DNA from: a virus
Taxonomy: Duplodnaviria; Caudoviricetes
Direction: 5' to 3' (one strand)
Length of the DNA: 58,169 nucleotides
Virus record (IMG/VR): IMGVR_UViG_3300037258_000189
Coordinates: 1-58,169 of that record
Below the pieces are notes generated by a model. The model worked only from the letters and a program-made list of their open reading frames with translations, had not been told where the DNA came from and searched no databases. Below, in pieces: positions 54,984 through 58,169 of the stretch (position 1 is its first letter; each line of letters begins with the position of its first letter). The translations under genes were made by a program, and so were the position numbers.

Positions 54984-57900
54984 CTACTGTGGTGCGCTCG
55001 GCTGCTGGTGCCTGACCATGTCCTGCAGCGCCACGTCCATCATGTGCGCCTGATCCTCGGTCATCGTGCGGCGCAGCGCCTGATAGTCGCGGCCACGGTT
55101 GCTGGGGTGCAGCGTGAAGCGGATCACGCCTGAGATCGCCGCCGGCCGCATCCCCAGCTTGCGCATCTCGATCACCGTCTCGCGGCGCATCTCCTGGCCC
55201 TTGACCTGATCCTCTGGATTGTTCGCGGTCATCAGCGCCTGCGACGTCTTGATCTGGTCGCGCCACCCCGGCATCGCCCGATGTTCTTCGTAGTCGTTCT
55301 GGCGGCGCGCCTGCGCCTCGAAGCCCTTCTCCGGGCCGCCTGGGTAGCCGTGGCTGAACGAGAAGCCCAGTCCCCCGCCGACGATCTGAGCCGCGTTGAA
55401 CGCCGTGTTGCCGTTGCCGTGTAGCATCTGGCCGGCTGCTTTGATCGCCGTCGCCGGCCCGCTGTTCTCGGCCATGTAGAGCGCGATGTCGCCGACCGCG
55501 CGCATCTCGTGCCCGTCGGCGTCCCAGTACGGATCGTAGACCGGGCGGCCGAAGCCGGCATCGTTGCTGAACAGCCCATAGACGGTGCGCGCCACCGGCG
55601 AGAGCGCCGACTTCACCGTGGCAATCGGTGCCTCGAGGTAGTCGGACACGTCCTCGACGAACTTGCCCCAGGCTGGGCGGATGTAGATGCCGGTGCCGTC
55701 GGCCTCGAAGCCGACGAGGATACGGTTTTCCTTGCCGGGCTCGTGCTCCGACATCGGGCCGAGGCCGCGCGGCAGCGTGAGCAGCATGTGCCCGGGGTTC
55801 AGCATCTGCCACGGGTGCGTGACCAGATACTTGCCCTCGCGCTCAAGCCGGCGCCCGTAGCCTGCCATCTCCTCCGTCAGCGGTCGATCCAGCGTCGTGA
55901 GATCGAAGACGGACTGCATCAGGTCGCCGACGCCGTTGTAGATCAGCAAGTCGATCGCGAGCGCCAGGGCCATCGTCCGGCGCAGGGAGCGCGACCATGC
56001 GCGCCGGCGACCGGCGCCGATCATCGCCTGCGTGCCCTTGGGCGGTCCCAGGATCGCGTCCTTGACGGTGCCCAGGTTGCCAAGGCGGTAGGTGCGGCTG
56101 AACAGAAACCAATTCGCGAGATCGGCCGCGAGCTTGCTCATGCTCTCTGCCGGCAACGCGCCGGCCCAGCGGTTGGCCATGTGCCCCGCGAACTTGGCCG
56201 CCTCGGCGGGGCTGTCGCCCTTGTGCAGGCGCTCGCGCTCGAAGTGCAGGTAGAGGCCGGCCTGCAGAGCCCCAACGCGCTCCCACAGCATCCGGTTGTG
56301 TGCCCAGTCGCCAGCCTTGTCGACCGCACGCTTGGCCGCCTCGCTGACGTTCGCGCCGAGCGGGCGCACCAGCAACCCGAGGATCTGCGCTGTCCAGGAG
56401 CGGCCTGGGCGCAGGTCGAACAGATCGCCGGCGTCGCCCTGCTCCCCACGAAAGGCCCATCGCTTGCCGATCGGGTCCATGCCGCCGATCTCGATCGCCC
56501 GACGCATGATGGCCTGATCATGCATCGCGACGCCGCCCTCGCGCATGAACTTGATCGGGATCGGGCTTTTCGTCACAGGCAGCGCGCGGCCGGCGATGAC
56601 CGCAAGGTGCGTGATGCCGTACATGATGCTGGTCATCATGCGGCCCTTGAGGGCCATGTATTCGCGCGTCAGCTTGTCGGTCGGACGGCGGAGCACCGCC
56701 TTCAGCGGCCCCTCGAAGTCCCCGCGCACGTAGATCGGCTGCTTGATCCATACCGGGCTGCCGTCCGCGCGGCTGGCGATCACGGTCCACTTCTTGAACG
56801 CCGCGTTCTGCTCCAGGGTGAACCACCGGCTGCCATCGTCGCCGGTCAGGTGCGGGATGACCCTCTCAAGCTCCGGCACCGTCATGTGCTCGCGGTGCAG
56901 CAGCCGCTCCGTGGTCTTGGTGACGCCGCGCCACGGGTCGATGTTCGGCGTGCCTCCGACCGACACCGTCTGCATGCCGGCGATCCGGCCCGCTGCCTCG
57001 ATGCGGTTGATCAGCATCTTGCCGATAACCGCCTCGTTGATCTGCATCGTCGACAGCACCAGCGTGCGGATGTCCTTGACCACCTTCACGTCCGGCGAGC
57101 CGATCTGCACGATGATGCGCGGCACGTAGAAGGGGATTTCCGCCTCCGGGTCGATCAGACCGGCGGCGACCGCGCGCTGAAATGCGTGCTCGCTCGCGGC
57201 CATTGCGTCACGCACGACCTGCAGTTCGCGCGCCGAGAGCGACGCAAAGCCGCCGGGGACAGGCATCGCAGGCCGCACGGCCGCAGTGATGCGCGCCGCC
57301 TGCTCGGCCACACTCTCGACGTCCGCGGCCTCCCACATTGCGGCCAGCCGGTCGGGCGTGAACTCTTTCGTCATGCCGTCGACCGCCTGCCCAGCCACCC
57401 AGCGAATGAAGCGCCGCCGGTTGGCGAAGTCGCTGGCCAGGTTGCGCGACGTCTCCGTGGCCTTGACGCTGGCCATCGGCGCGACGGCCATCTGCAGCAT
57501 GTCGGTGATATCGAAGAACTTGCCCGCGACGGTGCCCAGCGCGTTCCCCGCGATCGGCAGTTGCGCGAGATAGTCCTCGACCTTGCGGCTGACCGGCAGA
57601 TCCGGGTTCCATGGCGGCTGCGGCGGCCGCGCCATCTGGTGGAACCACGGGGCGTCAGGATTGTCCTGATCGACGTCGTCCCAGCTTTCCGGCTTGGTCC
57701 ACTCGTCGGCCGCCTCACCGCGCGCGCTGCGCAGTTCCTGCACCTCGGTTTCGTCGGGGCGCTCGAGCGACACGACCGGCTTGCCCTTGGTGACCGCCGC
57801 CAGCACGGCCGCCGCCTTGTCGCCGCCCGGGATGAAGTAGCGCGTCACGTAGGAGATGCGTTCGCTGAACACGCCGGCGTCGCGCATCTCGCGATCGTAT

Positions 57901-58169
57901 TTCCAATCGGGGCCGACCAGCTCGATGCGCTTCTGGTTGGCCACCAGCGAGCGCTTGATGCGCCAGTCGTTGGCGAGCGTGGCCGTGCCGCCGCCGCGGA
58001 TCACTGCCAGCACGTCGGCGTCGGTGAAGGTGCGCTTCGCGCGCTCGGCGCCCAGAGCCTTCAGCGTCTTGTCCACGCTCTTGGCGTCGATCACCCGGGC
58101 CAGCATCTTCTCGCCCTTGTCGGTCTGCAGCCGGAAAATCTTCGGGTTGCCGCCCAGGCGGTCCCAGAT
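54984..58169 (-). CDS. C-terminal part of giant virion-associated protein with strawberry-notch-helicase-like segment (partial)
   Basis: Open from right edge (>1060 aa): IWDRLGGNPKIFRLQTDKGEKMLARVI...KRIELVG...GVFSERISYVTRYFIP, then ~900 aa helical domain. Confidence 0.7.
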   Translation of the reverse strand: MWDRLGGNPKIFRLQTDKGEKMLARVIDAKSVDKTLKALGAERAKRTFTDADVLAVIRGGGTATLANDWRIKRSLVANQKRIELVGPDWKYDREMRDAGVFSERISYVTRYFIPGGDKAAAVLAAVTKGKPVVSLERPDETEVQELRSARGEAADEWTKPESWDDVDQDNPDAPWFHQMARPPQPPWNPDLPVSRKVEDYLAQLPIAGNALGTVAGKFFDITDMLQMAVAPMASVKATETSRNLASDFANRRRFIRWVAGQAVDGMTKEFTPDRLAAMWEAADVESVAEQAARITAAVRPAMPVPGGFASLSARELQVVRDAMAASEHAFQRAVAAGLIDPEAEIPFYVPRIIVQIGSPDVKVVKDIRTLVLSTMQINEAVIGKMLINRIEAAGRIAGMQTVSVGGTPNIDPWRGVTKTTERLLHREHMTVPELERVIPHLTGDDGSRWFTLEQNAAFKKWTVIASRADGSPVWIKQPIYVRGDFEGPLKAVLRRPTDKLTREYMALKGRMMTSIMYGITHLAVIAGRALPVTKSPIPIKFMREGGVAMHDQAIMRRAIEIGGMDPIGKRWAFRGEQGDAGDLFDLRPGRSWTAQILGLLVRPLGANVSEAAKRAVDKAGDWAHNRMLWERVGALQAGLYLHFERERLHKGDSPAEAAKFAGHMANRWAGALPAESMSKLAADLANWFLFSRTYRLGNLGTVKDAILGPPKGTQAMIGAGRRRAWSRSLRRTMALALAIDLLIYNGVGDLMQSVFDLTTLDRPLTEEMAGYGRRLEREGKYLVTHPWQMLNPGHMLLTLPRGLGPMSEHEPGKENRILVGFEADGTGIYIRPAWGKFVEDVSDYLEAPIATVKSALSPVARTVYGLFSNDAGFGRPVYDPYWDADGHEMRAVGDIALYMAENSGPATAIKAAGQMLHGNGNTAFNAAQIVGGGLGFSFSHGYPGGPEKGFEAQARRQNDYEEHRAMPGWRDQIKTSQALMTANNPEDQVKGQEMRRETVIEMRKLGMRPAAISGVIRFTLHPSNRGRDYQALRRTMTEDQAHMMDVALQDMVRHQQPSAPQ

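Overview
GC-rich, near-complete genome of a tailed phage, probably a podovirus and probably infecting an alphaproteobacterium (Acetobacteraceae/Rhodospirillales-like). No host chromosomal genes are visible. (i) The late region on the minus strand (~30550 to 1) runs: putative small terminase, GH24 endolysin, large terminase, P22-like portal, fibre and membrane proteins, scaffold, N4-gp56/DUF4043-type major capsid protein, adaptor, beta-helix tailspike, P22 gp10-like hub and ejection proteins. The capsid gene is split by an 809-nt group I intron carrying an HNH homing endonuclease. (ii) A plus-strand cluster of small genes (30.8-33.9 kb). (iii) A minus-strand replication/modification operon (40.5 to 33.9 kb): lambda-O-like initiator with four palindromic iterons, PAPS-reductase-family protein, a two-reading-frame C5 cytosine methyltransferase carrying a 1-bp frameshift, and a T7/Twinkle-type primase-helicase. 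(iv) A plus-strand early operon (40.7-54.8 kb): XRE/LexA-like regulators, PD-(D/E)XK nuclease, Rad50/SbcC-like ATPase, a GapR/RMF-like protein, a GcrA-like protein, an Flp pilin missed by the ORF track, RuvC-like resolvase, Lar-finger tyrosine recombinase and ASCH protein. A giant virion-associated gene starts at the left edge, and a giant ORF with a strawberry-notch-helicase-like C-terminal segment enters at the right edge, suggesting a circularly permuted genome broken inside that gene. All family assignments come from motif recognition by eye; no database searches were run.
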